From a virus (taxonomy: Duplodnaviria; Heunggongvirae; Uroviricota; Caudoviricetes): a stretch of 64,000 nucleotides of DNA. The DNA lies in the IMG/VR virus record IMGVR_UViG_3300021963_000036. One strand, 5' to 3'. Below are positions 37,250 to 47,946 of the stretch, piece by piece. Made by a program: the position numbers and the translations under genes. The notes beneath the pieces were generated by a model. The model saw only the letters and a list, made by a program, of their open reading frames with translations, was not told the origin of the DNA and searched no databases. The stretch's first letter is position 1, and each line of letters begins with the position of its first letter.

Positions 37250-38046
37250 TGTTCGGATACTCATATTACAACCAAACAACGAGAAGATATGTTGCCATAT
37301 TTGGTACACTCTTTAATGATATCTCTATTGGTCGTTCAAATAATGCTGGTCAAGAACAACAACGTTTTAAGGTACCAGTTAACTATGGCCCGTCACAAAA
37401 GTTTCTAGCGAAGATCGAACAAGATCCGAATCTACAGGCTCAAGCAATTACCTTACCTCGTATTACGTTTGAACTCACTTCTATGAACTATGATGGCGAA
37501 AGAAAGCTTACAAACCGTACGCTAGTATCAAAGGGTATCGCCGGTACGAACGACAGAGTCCGTACGCAGTTTACTGCTACACCATATAATCTTGAATTTC
37601 AACTCAACATCATGGCTAAGTATTCTGAAGATGCTACTAAAATAGTTGAACAAATTCTTCCATTTTTTAAACCAGAATTTACTGTTACTGCAAAGATGGT
37701 TGATACAATGGATAACTTAACTGACATTCCGATCATTTTGAATTCTGTCACTACAGAAGACACATATGAAGGAAGTTATGACGAACGTAGAGCAGTTATT
37801 TGGACACTTCAATTTACGCTCAAGGGTTACTATTATGGACCAACTTCTGATAAGAAAGTTATCAAGTTTGTCGATACTAATATCTACTCAGACACTCTTG
37901 CTGCTGCACCTGTAGTGAATATCACGGTTCAACCCGGACTTACAGCAAATGGCCAACCAACAACTATCTTAGCGAATAGTGTTCCATACGCAAACGTGAA
38001 CATCGATGATGATTGGGCTTACATTGTCCAGATAGAGGATTTATAA
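37249..38046 (+). CDS. gp15: Tail terminator / sheath stabiliser gp15
   Basis: FGTLFNDI...VPVNYGP..KF...LPRITFE...EQILPFF.P. Confidence 0.9.
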   Translation: MFGYSYYNQTTRRYVAIFGTLFNDISIGRSNNAGQEQQRFKVPVNYGPSQKFLAKIEQDPNLQAQAITLPRITFELTSMNYDGERKLTNRTLVSKGIAGTNDRVRTQFTATPYNLEFQLNIMAKYSEDATKIVEQILPFFKPEFTVTAKMVDTMDNLTDIPIILNSVTTEDTYEGSYDERRAVIWTLQFTLKGYYYGPTSDKKVIKFVDTNIYSDTLAAAPVVNITVQPGLTANGQPTTILANSVPYANVNIDDDWAYIVQIEDL

Positions 38047-38047
38047 T

Positions 38048-38539
38048 ATGAGTAATGATCAAATCAGTCGGTACCTTGGCTTACCGCCAATGGGAGTAAT
38101 TCCTGACGCTGAAGTGGTTGAAGAGAAAAAACCAGTTGCTACTGTTACTTCTCAGCATATCTCTAAAAAACTTAACAAGAATTTGCCTAAAGAGCCTGAA
38201 ACTCGAGTCGAGCAAGCAGAGAATGATTACGACTATGCACGAAAGAATATGTATGATGTGATCGAAAAAGGTACACAAGCCCTTGAAGAACTACTGGGCG
38301 TAGCAACTCAGTCACAGCACCCTCGAGCCTATGAAGTCCTCGCGACTACAATGAAGACCCTCGTTGATGCAAACAAAGAACTCGTCACCCTTTCAAAGAA
38401 GAAGGTTGAAGAGGAAAAAATTAATGATGAACCTCAGACAGGATCTGGCGGTGTGACAAATAACAACCTATTCGTGGGCACAACGCATGATCTGCTGAAG
38501 GTTTTAGCAGACATGAGGAAAAATGGAAAATCCCAATAA
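38048..38539 (+). CDS. gp16: Terminase small subunit
   Basis: DYDYARKN...HPRAYEV...TNNNLFVG; position before gp17. Confidence 0.85.
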   Translation: MSNDQISRYLGLPPMGVIPDAEVVEEKKPVATVTSQHISKKLNKNLPKEPETRVEQAENDYDYARKNMYDVIEKGTQALEELLGVATQSQHPRAYEVLATTMKTLVDANKELVTLSKKKVEEEKINDEPQTGSGGVTNNNLFVGTTHDLLKVLADMRKNGKSQ

Positions 38540-40166
38540 AGAACCGGAAAAGCAGAAGGGTTACTTAGGTAACAATCTTCTCAAGCGCATCGGCCAACAA
38601 CAGAACTGGACTCCTGAGCAACTTGCTGAAATGGCAAAATGTATGATGGATCCGATCTACTTCGCTGAAACATACATCAAGATCGTTCACGTTGACCGTG
38701 GACTTATCAAGATGCAGATGTACGATTACCAAAAAGACATCGCCCTTAAAATCTTCAACAACCGTCGTGTTGCAGTTCTGACCGCTCGTCAGGCCGGTAA
38801 GACTACTACCGCTGTTGCTATCATTCTACACTATATCATCTTCAATGAACACAAGAATGTGGGTATCCTTTCAAATAAAGGTGAAGGCTCAAAAGAAGTA
38901 CTTGAACGTATCAAACTTGCTTATGAAAATCTTCCAAAGTGGATGCAACACGGTATTCTCGAATGGAACAAGAACTCGATCGAACTTGAGAATGGTTGTA
39001 AGGTCTATGCTGGTACGACTACTTCAAGCTCAATCCGTGGTAAGTCTATTGCGTTCCTTTACATCGACGAATGTGCGTTCGTGGAAGGTTACGACGAATT
39101 CTTCGCTTCGGTTTATCCTACCATCTCATCTGGTGAAGAGACTAAACTTCTTATGACTTCAACGCCGAATGGGTTGAATCACTTCTTTAAGATCTGTGAA
39201 GGTGCAAAGCAAGGCACAAATGGCTATCAATACACTGAAGTAACTTGGGACAAAGTTCCTGGACGCGGGCCTGCGTGGAAGCAAGAGACACTTGAAGCTC
39301 TGAACTTCGACACTGAGAAGTTCGCTCAGGAATACGAGGCTCAGTTCCTTGGTTCATCCGGCACACTCATTGATGGTGCTACACTGAAGATGCTTCAATC
39401 ATCATTCAAGATCCCTCTACATGAGGCTCAGGGCTTAACTGTGTATTCTCTACCTGAGAAGGGCAAGACGTACGTAGCTGTGGCTGACGTGTCCCGTGGC
39501 AAAGGTCTGGACTATTCAGCTTTTCATATCTTCGACGTGAGCCAGATGCCTTACCGACAAGTGGCAGTCTATCGAAACAACTTGATCACTCCAGTCGATT
39601 ATGCAGACATCATCTTCCGAACAACGAAATCATACAACGACGCATACATCCTTATCGAGATCAACGACATCGGTGCTCAGGTATCTGATACGTTGCACTT
39701 TGAATTTGAAGTCGAGACCCTGCTCTACACTGAATCTGCTGGTCGATCTGGCAAAAGGATCTCTGGCGGTTTTGGTGCAAATGCTGATAAGGGTATTCGT
39801 ACCACAAAGCAGGTGAAATCAGTTGGCTGTTCAATCCTTAAACTACTTCTTGAACAGAAGCAATTAGAGGTTGTTGACTTCAATACGATCAATGAGCTAT
39901 CAACATTCTCTAAAAGAGCTTCGTCCTATGAAGCCGAATCTGGATGTCACGACGACTTGGTGATGGGACTTGTTCTATTTGCATGGCTCAGTACACAGAC
40001 ATTCTTTAAAGACATCACTGATATTAACACTATGATGAGATTAAGAGAGAAGACTGATTCAGAGATTATGGACGATTTGCTCCCATTTGGTTTAACCTAT
40101 GACGATATTGAAAATGCCGAACCTGTTTACATGCCGAAGCACGACAGTTGGTTAAATGATTGGTAA
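38523..40166 (+). CDS. gp17: Terminase large subunit
   Basis: ARQAGKTT Walker A, YIDECAF Walker B, STPNG, DVSRG...DYSA, HDDLVM. Confidence 0.95.
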   Translation: MENPNKEPEKQKGYLGNNLLKRIGQQQNWTPEQLAEMAKCMMDPIYFAETYIKIVHVDRGLIKMQMYDYQKDIALKIFNNRRVAVLTARQAGKTTTAVAIILHYIIFNEHKNVGILSNKGEGSKEVLERIKLAYENLPKWMQHGILEWNKNSIELENGCKVYAGTTTSSSIRGKSIAFLYIDECAFVEGYDEFFASVYPTISSGEETKLLMTSTPNGLNHFFKICEGAKQGTNGYQYTEVTWDKVPGRGPAWKQETLEALNFDTEKFAQEYEAQFLGSSGTLIDGATLKMLQSSFKIPLHEAQGLTVYSLPEKGKTYVAVADVSRGKGLDYSAFHIFDVSQMPYRQVAVYRNNLITPVDYADIIFRTTKSYNDAYILIEINDIGAQVSDTLHFEFEVETLLYTESAGRSGKRISGGFGANADKGIRTTKQVKSVGCSILKLLLEQKQLEVVDFNTINELSTFSKRASSYEAESGCHDDLVMGLVLFAWLSTQTFFKDITDINTMMRLREKTDSEIMDDLLPFGLTYDDIENAEPVYMPKHDSWLNDW

Positions 40167-40176
40167 TTGTCTTTCT

Positions 40177-40184
40177 TATAAATA
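40177..40184 (+). promoter_or_regulatory. T4 late promoter
   Basis: Intergenic TATAAATA before gp18. Confidence 0.8.
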
Positions 40185-40234
40185 AAAGGAAGAAGTTATA
40201 CCAAAATAATGCTCATAAAAGGAGATAACCAACC

Positions 40235-41812
40235 ATGGCATATCAATTAAGCCCAGGAATCAACGTATCTGAGGTCGACCTTACTTCTGTCGTTCCAGCT
40301 GTATCAACTACGACTGGAGCTATCGCAGGCGTTTTCGCATGGGGACCAACAAATACTCCAATTCTTGTATCATCAGAAACAGATCTTGTTAATAGATTCG
40401 GCGAACCAGTCACTGGTTTTAATGCTGAAACGTTCTATACAGCTGCAGACTTTCTAGCATATGGAAATTCGCTATATGTAGTTCGTGTAAGTGATGGTAT
40501 TGCTGCTACACCAAACACTGGTTCATCATATGATACATCAATCAGTGCTAAGTACCCTGGAACATATGGTAACAGTCTCAGTGTTTCAGTTATTGGTCCT
40601 ACCGGTAATACATCGCTACTTGGTGTTGGTGCGAAGTTCTATGCTGATAAACTTAGAACCCCTGCAACAGGTAAAGTAAACGTTGTTGTTATGGATACAT
40701 CAGCAAACGTTGCGCTTGAAGTTTATGAATCACTTTCAACTTCAAATACGGCTGTAACTGAAGACGGCGCTACAAACTACATTGCTGAAGTTATTGCACA
40801 AAAATCAAACTACGTTACACTAACGGACGCAGCAGTAACAACAATTATCAGTTCTGGTTCAACCATTGCGATCGAAGAAGGCCTTGTTGGTGGCACATCT
40901 GGTGCTAACGAATCTGCTGTAACTGCTGCAGCACTCATTGCTGGTTACAACTACTTTGTTTCACCTGAAGACATTGATATCTCATTGATTCTTGCTGGTA
41001 AAGCAATGGGTACTAACGGTGTTCAAGTTGCAAATCACATCATTGACAACATCTGCTCAGTTAGAAAAGACTGCATGGTATTCGTATCTCCTTCTTATGC
41101 TAACGTTGTGGCAAACGCTGGAAACGAACTCGCTGCGATCAAAACTTTCAGTGGAAACCTTTCATACTCTTCATACGCTGTTCTTGACAGCGGCTATAAG
41201 TATCGTTACGACCGTTATAATGACAGATACATCTATACTCCGTTGAACGGTGATATCGCTGGTCTATGTGTAAGAACTGACGAAGTACGTGACCCATGGT
41301 TCTCACCTGCTGGTTACAACAGAGGTTTGATCAAAAACGTAATCAAGCTTTCATACAATCCTAAAAAGGCTGACCGCGACGAGCTATACAAAGCTGGTGT
41401 AAACCCAGTAGTAACTCAGCCAGGTCAAGGTACGCTATTGTTCGGTGACAAGACTCACTTAAACGTTACATCTGCATTCGATAGAATCAACGTTCGTCGT
41501 CTATTCATCGTCCTTGAAAAAGCAATCTCAAGAGCATCTAAATCAACTCTATTTGAATTCAACGATGCTTTCACTCGCGCTCAGTTCAAGAACTTGGTTG
41601 AACCATTCCTTAGAGATGTTCAAGGTCGTCGTGGTATCTATGACTTCAAAGTTGTATGTGATGAAACAAATAACACAGCCCAAGTCATTGATAGCAACTC
41701 TTTTGTCGGTGACATCTACATTAAGCCAGCGCGTGCAATCAACTTCATCCAACTTAACTTCGTCGCGGTTAGAACCGGCGTAGAGTTTGATGAAATCATT
41801 GGTCAACGCTAA
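40235..41812 (+). CDS. gp18: Tail sheath protein
   Basis: LSPGINVSEVDLT...WFSPAGYNRG...RINVRRLF...FEFND.FTR. Confidence 0.95.
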   Translation: MAYQLSPGINVSEVDLTSVVPAVSTTTGAIAGVFAWGPTNTPILVSSETDLVNRFGEPVTGFNAETFYTAADFLAYGNSLYVVRVSDGIAATPNTGSSYDTSISAKYPGTYGNSLSVSVIGPTGNTSLLGVGAKFYADKLRTPATGKVNVVVMDTSANVALEVYESLSTSNTAVTEDGATNYIAEVIAQKSNYVTLTDAAVTTIISSGSTIAIEEGLVGGTSGANESAVTAAALIAGYNYFVSPEDIDISLILAGKAMGTNGVQVANHIIDNICSVRKDCMVFVSPSYANVVANAGNELAAIKTFSGNLSYSSYAVLDSGYKYRYDRYNDRYIYTPLNGDIAGLCVRTDEVRDPWFSPAGYNRGLIKNVIKLSYNPKKADRDELYKAGVNPVVTQPGQGTLLFGDKTHLNVTSAFDRINVRRLFIVLEKAISRASKSTLFEFNDAFTRAQFKNLVEPFLRDVQGRRGIYDFKVVCDETNNTAQVIDSNSFVGDIYIKPARAINFIQLNFVAVRTGVEFDEIIGQR

Positions 41813-41814
41813 GG

Positions 41815-41822
41815 TATAAATA
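41815..41822 (+). promoter_or_regulatory. T4 late promoter
   Basis: TATAAATA before gp19. Confidence 0.8.
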
Positions 41823-41845
41823 TAGAAAGATAAGGAGAATCTAAA

Positions 41846-42397
41846 ATGGCTTTCAATATTAACGACCTTAGATCACAACTAACATTTGGAGGAGCGAAAT
41901 CATCGCTCTTCCAAGTACAAATTACAAACCCAGTTAATGGTCTAGCAGACATTAAAGTTCCTTTCATGGTAAAGGCTTCTTCTATTCCTGCTAGCACATT
42001 GAGCACGGTTGAAGTTCCTTACTTTGGTCGTAAGATCAAAGTTGCTGGTAACAGAACTTTTGCTGAATGGTCTGTCACAGTTATCAACGATGAAGACTTT
42101 CTCGTTCGTAACGCGATGGAAAACTGGATGGCTTCTATCAACAGCCACCAAGGTAATATCACAGCACTTGCTTCTGCTCAACCACTTCAGTACAAAGCAC
42201 AAGCACAAATCAGTCAGTTCTCTAAGACTGGTGCAATTCTACGTACATATGAGTTCAGCGGACTCTTCCCTGTAGAAATTAGCGCGATGGAAACTAACTG
42301 GGAAGCCGATGGTATCCAAGAGTTCAACGTTACATTCCAATACGACTGGTGGAGCGTAAATGGTGGCATCACTGGTGATGCTGGTACTCAAGCTTAA
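41846..42397 (+). CDS. gp19: Tail tube protein
   Basis: IPASTL..VEVPYFGRKIKVAGNRTFAEWSVTVINDEDF. Confidence 0.95.
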   Translation: MAFNINDLRSQLTFGGAKSSLFQVQITNPVNGLADIKVPFMVKASSIPASTLSTVEVPYFGRKIKVAGNRTFAEWSVTVINDEDFLVRNAMENWMASINSHQGNITALASAQPLQYKAQAQISQFSKTGAILRTYEFSGLFPVEISAMETNWEADGIQEFNVTFQYDWWSVNGGITGDAGTQA

Positions 42398-42447
42398 GTG
42401 AAAGAAAGCAACAAGCTTTCAATAGATAACTGATCAAGGATAACTAA

Positions 42448-43998
42448 ATGCAGCTGTTCGGCTTCGAAATAAAGCGAAAAGAAGAAGCGAAGGATCAGAT
42501 AAGGTCCTTCGCCGAACCTACTAATGATGATGGAGCTATTTCAGTTGCGACTGGTGGCGCACAAAGTTCGTTTGTAGACTTAGACGGTACGGCAAAGACT
42601 GAAGCAGAATTGGTAAATCGTTACCGCGGAATGCTTCAGCAGCCGGAAGTACAGTCAGCAGTAGATGATATTGTGAACGAAGCAATCACTATTGCTGATG
42701 ATGATAATGTAGTTGAGTGCGTGACTGACGACATCGAAATGCCAGACAGCATTCGTAAGAAGATTCGCGAAGAATTTGAAAACATTCTGAAACTCCTTGA
42801 CTTTTCTAATCAAGGTTATGATATTTTCCAGCGTTGGTATGTAGATGGGCGTTTGAATTATCATATACTTATTGACGAATCTGCTCCACGAAAAGGGATC
42901 ATGGAACTTCGTTACATCGACCCACGTAAGATTCGTAAGATTCGTGAGTTCGAGCGTCAAAGAGTTGATGGTACAAACTTCGCGGTCAAGAAAGTAAAAG
43001 CCGAGTATTACATGTACTCGGAAAGAGGATATGACGGTCAATCTGCAAACGTTCTTGGTGCTACTGATTCTATTCAGGGCTTGAAGATCGCAAAAGACTC
43101 GATCATTCACTGTAACTCTGGTATGCTGAACGAGAGAAACACAGTTGTTCTCTCTTATTTGCATAAGGCATATAAGCCTCTGAACCAACTTCGCATGATG
43201 GAAGATGCTGCTGTTATCTATAGAATCTCACGTGCCCCAGAACGTAGAATTTTCTATATCGACGTCGGTAACTTACCTAAACTCAAGGCTGAACAATATC
43301 TTCGTGATATGATGGTCAACCACAAGAACAAACTCGTATATGATGCTGCAACTGGTGAAATGAGAGACGATCGTAAGTTCATGACGATCACTGACGACTT
43401 CTGGCTTCCTCGCCGTGAAGGCGGTCGTGGTACGGAAATTACGACTCTTCCAGGTGGTCAGAACCTTGGTGAACTCGATGATATTAACTACTTCCAAAAG
43501 AAGTTGTATAAGTCATTGAACGTTCCAATCTCACGCATGGAACCAGAGACTGGTTTCTCGCTTGGAAGAGCTTCTGAAATCTCTCGTGATGAAGTCAAGT
43601 TTGCAAAGTTCATTCGTCGCCTTCGTGCTCGCTTTACTATTCTATTTGATAAAGCTCTTGAGAAGCAATTGATTCTGAAGGGTGTTATTAAGCCTGAAGA
43701 GTGGGATCTTATTAAAGACAAGATTCGTTATAACTTCATGAATGATAATCATTTTGAAGAGTTAAAAGAAGCTGAAATCCTTCGTGATAGATTAAGTATT
43801 CTGGGTGATATAAGTAATTACACCGGCGATTACTTCTCTAAAGAGTGGGTTCGTAAGAACGTGCTTCATATGAGCGAAGACGACATCGAAGAAATTAAGA
43901 AACAAATTGATCAAGAAGCTAAGGATGAGCCTCCAGAAGAACCTGTGACACCGCCTGGACCACTTGATTCAAACCAACCAATTGAACAACCTAAATAA
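42448..43998 (+). CDS. gp20: Portal protein
   Basis: NQLRMMEDAAVIYRISRAPERRIFYIDVGNLPK...DFWLPRREGGRGTEITTLPGGQNLG. Confidence 0.95.
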   Translation: MQLFGFEIKRKEEAKDQIRSFAEPTNDDGAISVATGGAQSSFVDLDGTAKTEAELVNRYRGMLQQPEVQSAVDDIVNEAITIADDDNVVECVTDDIEMPDSIRKKIREEFENILKLLDFSNQGYDIFQRWYVDGRLNYHILIDESAPRKGIMELRYIDPRKIRKIREFERQRVDGTNFAVKKVKAEYYMYSERGYDGQSANVLGATDSIQGLKIAKDSIIHCNSGMLNERNTVVLSYLHKAYKPLNQLRMMEDAAVIYRISRAPERRIFYIDVGNLPKLKAEQYLRDMMVNHKNKLVYDAATGEMRDDRKFMTITDDFWLPRREGGRGTEITTLPGGQNLGELDDINYFQKKLYKSLNVPISRMEPETGFSLGRASEISRDEVKFAKFIRRLRARFTILFDKALEKQLILKGVIKPEEWDLIKDKIRYNFMNDNHFEELKEAEILRDRLSILGDISNYTGDYFSKEWVRKNVLHMSEDDIEEIKKQIDQEAKDEPPEEPVTPPGPLDSNQPIEQPK

Positions 43999-44008
43999 GG
44001 AGACCGAC

Positions 44009-44671
44009 ATGTCAATTAAAGATCTAATCGCAGCAGCATACAATAAAGATGCTATGTCATTTGAATCAGCTTTCCAGTCAATCATGCAGGACAAAGTTGC
44101 TGCAGCAGTTCATTCAGCTTTTGTTCCAGAGGAAGTCGAAGAAGAACTCGAAGAAGCTAAGAAGTCCGAAAAGGACGACGAAGAAGATGAAGACGAAGAA
44201 GATGAAGACGAAGACGAAGAAGACATGAAAGAAGAAGCCGAACAAATCGACGAACTTTCAGACGACAAGTTGAAAGCATACCATGCTAAAGCTGGTGCAG
44301 ATCGTCAAAAGGCTAAAGCAACTGTCACAAAGAACATGAATGCTAAGAATCCTACTGTTGGTGGAATCGATAAAGCTACTGATGCATATAAGCGCTTTCA
44401 AAAGCGTGGTGCTGGCATGACTGCCGCCGCAAACAAAATGTCTGAAGAAGTCGAAGAACTTGACGAGCTTTCAAAGAATACTGTCCGCAGCTATTACAAC
44501 AAGGCTGGTGAACAAGGTAAGAAAATCATGGGCAATATGATGGTCGGCGGTGGTGATTGGTCTAAAGATGGCAAAGACACAGCAACTCTTAAGAAGAGAG
44601 CCGCTGGTCGTGCGATGGCCCTCAAGCGTCGTAGTGGCGAAGTAAAAATGTCTGAAGAAACCGAAGAGTAA
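44009..44671 (+). CDS. Prohead core / internal head protein (gp67-like N-terminus plus repeats)
   Basis: Position after the portal, AGGAG RBS, acidic run, EQIDELS repeats. Confidence 0.6.
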   Translation: MSIKDLIAAAYNKDAMSFESAFQSIMQDKVAAAVHSAFVPEEVEEELEEAKKSEKDDEEDEDEEDEDEDEEDMKEEAEQIDELSDDKLKAYHAKAGADRQKAKATVTKNMNAKNPTVGGIDKATDAYKRFQKRGAGMTAAANKMSEEVEELDELSKNTVRSYYNKAGEQGKKIMGNMMVGGGDWSKDGKDTATLKKRAAGRAMALKRRSGEVKMSEETEE

Positions 44672-44682
44672 TAGGTAATCAA

Positions 44683-46971
44683 ATGAAGACCATTAAGCAA
44701 ATTTTAGAGACTACCTATCTCCCAAAGGGCGGAGATGAGAAGAAGTTCTGGGATAAGCATACCCGAAAGTTGCTTGATCATCCTGTCGCAGAGCCAACTC
44801 AATTCAAAGCAAGCACTAAAAAGTCAACTACGAATACCGCTAACCGTGACGAGGCTTCAAGCGAGTCCGTTTACGAAGCTGCATTCAATGACACATCTGT
44901 GCACACAAAACGCGCCGACAAAGAGCCTGTAATTTCAAGAAGCATCGATCCAAAGACTCGTAAGGGTATTAACGTAGTGAAGAAAGCTGCTACCGGAGAG
45001 ATCAAGATCGGTGAAGAAGTTGAACTCGAAGAAGGCACTGTCGGTCACGGAAAGTACACTATCACAACTGGACCAAAAATGTCTGGTATGGGCGAAGGTG
45101 GTCCTGCGCATGTTGTAGCAAAACGGGCTAAGATGGCGAAACTCGGTGTTCCGCATCATGACGATCCAGGCGAATATGGCCACACCGTAAGAGTCACAGT
45201 GAAGAACAACGAAACTGGTGATACAACTCATCACCATGTCTATCAGAGTGATACGGATCGTGGAAGTAAAGAAGCACTTGTTTCAACACGTTCTGTTGGC
45301 TCTGTTCGTGCTAAGCAAAAAGAGCATGAAAATGTTCTTCACAACTATCTCTCTGGCAAGAAAGTTTCTTCACTAAAAGAAGATCTTGACGAAGCGGTAA
45401 ACGAAAAACAGATCAAAAAGGATCTGGATTCTGGTATGTCGCACGACGTCGTTATCGGTAAGCACGCTAATAAAAAGCTTACGAATACAGATGAAATCCG
45501 CAAAGTGATCCAACAACATGCGTGGAATAAGCGTATGAAGAAGGAAGAAGTCGACCTCGATGAGAAAGTAAAGAACCCATACGCTATCGGCATGGCTGCT
45601 GCTATGAAGCAAGCTGGTGATACTCCTCCATTGAAGAAGTCAACTATCGTCAAGGGTCACGAGATCGCTAAGAGCATTAAGAAAGAAGCAATGGATCCAG
45701 TTGGTAAAGCTGATGCAGACATCGACAATGATGGTGATGTAGATAAGTCAGACAAGTACCTACACAATCGTCGTAAAGCGATTAGTAAAGCTCTTAAAAC
45801 TGAAGGTGCGAAAGAATCGTCAGAAGCGAATCATAAGAAGTACATTGCCGGTGCTAAGAAGACTAAAGAAGAGTTCAAAGAAGAAGCTGAACAGATCGAT
45901 GAACTTTCAAAGAAGACTCTCGGTTCATATGTAGCAAAGGCTTCATCGGCTGCCGCTTCAGATGCAGCTAAGTATGGTCAGCAAGGAAGTTCTGAAAAGG
46001 GTCTCAGTCATTTCCGTAAAGCTTACAGTAGACTTCAAAATATCAAGACAGCTGCCGGCAAACTAGCAAAAGAAGAAGTTGAACAGATCGACGAACTTTC
46101 ACCAGATACTCTGCATGCTTACATTAAGAAAGCAGTACCAGATGTTGTAGGTCGTACTATGTCAGCTGTAGCTTCTAATCAGTCTGCTGAAACAAAGAAG
46201 CATGCTTCAAAACTTGGTAAACGCATTAGCGGTATCACGAGTGCTTCAGGTCGTTTGGCTGACAAAGCAAATGCTGATCAATATGAAGAAGTCCAGCAAA
46301 TGGATGAAATCTCAAAGAAGACTCTCGGTTCGTATGTGAAGAAAGCAAGCACTGACCAATATCTCAAGGGTCAAGCAGTTCAGTATCATACAAATAGAGC
46401 AAATACTGCTCAGGGTGCAGATGCGGCTTTTACAAAAACAACTCGTAAAAAGCACAATGATGCAGCAGGTGAAGCTCTTCGTAAAGCTTCGAATCGTGAC
46501 ACCGGTATTGGTCGTGCGATTAACCGTCTTACGAAAGAAGAAGTTGAACAGATCGACGAAATCTCAAAGAAGACTCTTGGTTCTTATATCAATAAGGCAA
46601 GCATGAGAGTTGCCGACAAAGCAAATCATGCTGGAGAAATCGAAGGCAGAGGCGATAGTAATATTACTCCAGCAGCTAGATCAACTCTAACAAAGCTTAA
46701 CAGAAAAACTGCTAATAGTTTGACTGGTATCTCAAGAGCAACAAGCCGTCTTACAAAAGAATCGGTAGATCTTGACGAAGCTTTCAAAGCAGGTCAGATG
46801 AAACTCAAAGATGGTTCTTCTGTAACGGTCAGCAAAGATTGTGCAGAATCACTTAACTCACTATTCAGTCAATTGAACCCAGCGAATAAGACCAAAATGG
46901 AAGAGCGTCTCATGTCAAGTCCAAAGGGTTATAACGAGATCCTCAGCTTTGCGGAGAACATTAATGGTTGA
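44683..46971 (+). CDS. Large prohead core / internal head protein with repeated EEVEQIDELSKKTLGSY modules
   Basis: Lies between gp20 and gp21. Basic segments separated by (I/L)xE motifs; gp68-like C-terminus. Confidence 0.6.
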   Translation: MKTIKQILETTYLPKGGDEKKFWDKHTRKLLDHPVAEPTQFKASTKKSTTNTANRDEASSESVYEAAFNDTSVHTKRADKEPVISRSIDPKTRKGINVVKKAATGEIKIGEEVELEEGTVGHGKYTITTGPKMSGMGEGGPAHVVAKRAKMAKLGVPHHDDPGEYGHTVRVTVKNNETGDTTHHHVYQSDTDRGSKEALVSTRSVGSVRAKQKEHENVLHNYLSGKKVSSLKEDLDEAVNEKQIKKDLDSGMSHDVVIGKHANKKLTNTDEIRKVIQQHAWNKRMKKEEVDLDEKVKNPYAIGMAAAMKQAGDTPPLKKSTIVKGHEIAKSIKKEAMDPVGKADADIDNDGDVDKSDKYLHNRRKAISKALKTEGAKESSEANHKKYIAGAKKTKEEFKEEAEQIDELSKKTLGSYVAKASSAAASDAAKYGQQGSSEKGLSHFRKAYSRLQNIKTAAGKLAKEEVEQIDELSPDTLHAYIKKAVPDVVGRTMSAVASNQSAETKKHASKLGKRISGITSASGRLADKANADQYEEVQQMDEISKKTLGSYVKKASTDQYLKGQAVQYHTNRANTAQGADAAFTKTTRKKHNDAAGEALRKASNRDTGIGRAINRLTKEEVEQIDEISKKTLGSYINKASMRVADKANHAGEIEGRGDSNITPAARSTLTKLNRKTANSLTGISRATSRLTKESVDLDEAFKAGQMKLKDGSSVTVSKDCAESLNSLFSQLNPANKTKMEERLMSSPKGYNEILSFAENING

Positions 46972-47212
46972 TATTGTACTTAAACCTACAGGTACGCAGG
47001 TTGATATCGCAACCGCAAATACTGTTCATAATTCAACGTTGGTGCGTGTATATGCACCAACTGAAGCTCTTATTACATATGCCGATTCTACTAATACCAC
47101 TATTGGTACTATGATAATGCCAGCTGGCTTTGTTGAAATTATGGAAAAACTTAGAACTGATAAACTGTCGGCAAATACTACTGTATGGGCTACTCCATTG
47201 GCTTATAAATAA
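46964..47212 (+). CDS. Small conserved head-region protein
   Basis: ATG at 46964 after a GGAG RBS. Confidence 0.6.
   Translation: MVDIVLKPTGTQVDIATANTVHNSTLVRVYAPTEALITYADSTNTTIGTMIMPAGFVEIMEKLRTDKLSANTTVWATPLAYK
47204..47211 (+). promoter_or_regulatory. T4 late promoter
   Basis: TATAAATA before gp21. Confidence 0.75.
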
Positions 47213-47229
47213 AGGAAAAGGAGAATAAA

Positions 47230-47892
47230 ATGGCCTTACTTATTAAAGATATTGTCGAAGATATTCAATATATCACCGAATCAAATGAAAAAGGTGAAAA
47301 GAACACTTTCATCGAAGGTATCATTATGCAAGGTGATATTAAGAACCGTAATGGTAGAATCTATCCATCAAATGTTTTGGTGAGAGAGATGAACCGTTAT
47401 AACGAAAACTACGTATCCAAAAATCGTGCGTTTGGAGAACTCGGTCACCCACAAGGTCCAACTATCAACCTTGATCGTGTATCACACATGTTCACCGAAC
47501 TGAAGTCAGATGGATCTAACGTAGTTGGCCGTGCTAAAATCGTTGATACTCCTATGGGTGATACGGTAAAAGGTCTGATCAAATCAGGTGCACAACTTGG
47601 TATTTCTTCACGCGGAATGGGTTCTGTGAAGCCTAACAAACAAGGCATCATGGAAGTTCAGGACGACTTCATGCTAGCGACGGCTGGTGACATTGTTGCT
47701 GATCCTTCAGCTCCAGATGCCTTTATCAAAGGTATCATGGAAGGTGTAGAATGGATCTATGATGTTGCGTCTTCTTCTTGGAGAGCAGCTAACACATTTG
47801 ACCGCATCGAAGAAGAAGTGAAGAAAAACTATAAGCAATTCGATGAAGCTGCTGCTGCAGACATCTTTAAGAAGTTCTTGAATAGCTTATAA
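47230..47892 (+). CDS. gp21: Prohead protease
   Basis: NRNGRIYP...GELGHPQGPTINLDRVSH...GISSRGMGS...DIVADPSAPDA. Confidence 0.95.
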   Translation: MALLIKDIVEDIQYITESNEKGEKNTFIEGIIMQGDIKNRNGRIYPSNVLVREMNRYNENYVSKNRAFGELGHPQGPTINLDRVSHMFTELKSDGSNVVGRAKIVDTPMGDTVKGLIKSGAQLGISSRGMGSVKPNKQGIMEVQDDFMLATAGDIVADPSAPDAFIKGIMEGVEWIYDVASSSWRAANTFDRIEEEVKKNYKQFDEAAAADIFKKFLNSL

Positions 47893-47909
47893 TCAAAAAA
47901 CCGTATTCT

Positions 47910-47917
47910 TATAAATA
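47910..47917 (+). promoter_or_regulatory. T4 late promoter
   Basis: TATAAATA before gp22. Confidence 0.8.
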
Positions 47918-47946
47918 ATACTGAATTACCATAAAGGAGAACCAAA

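Noticed and set aside
42404-42420. GAAAGC-AACAA-GCTTTC hairpin after gp19
   Set aside because: Only a 6-bp stem with no U-tract; too weak to call a terminator.
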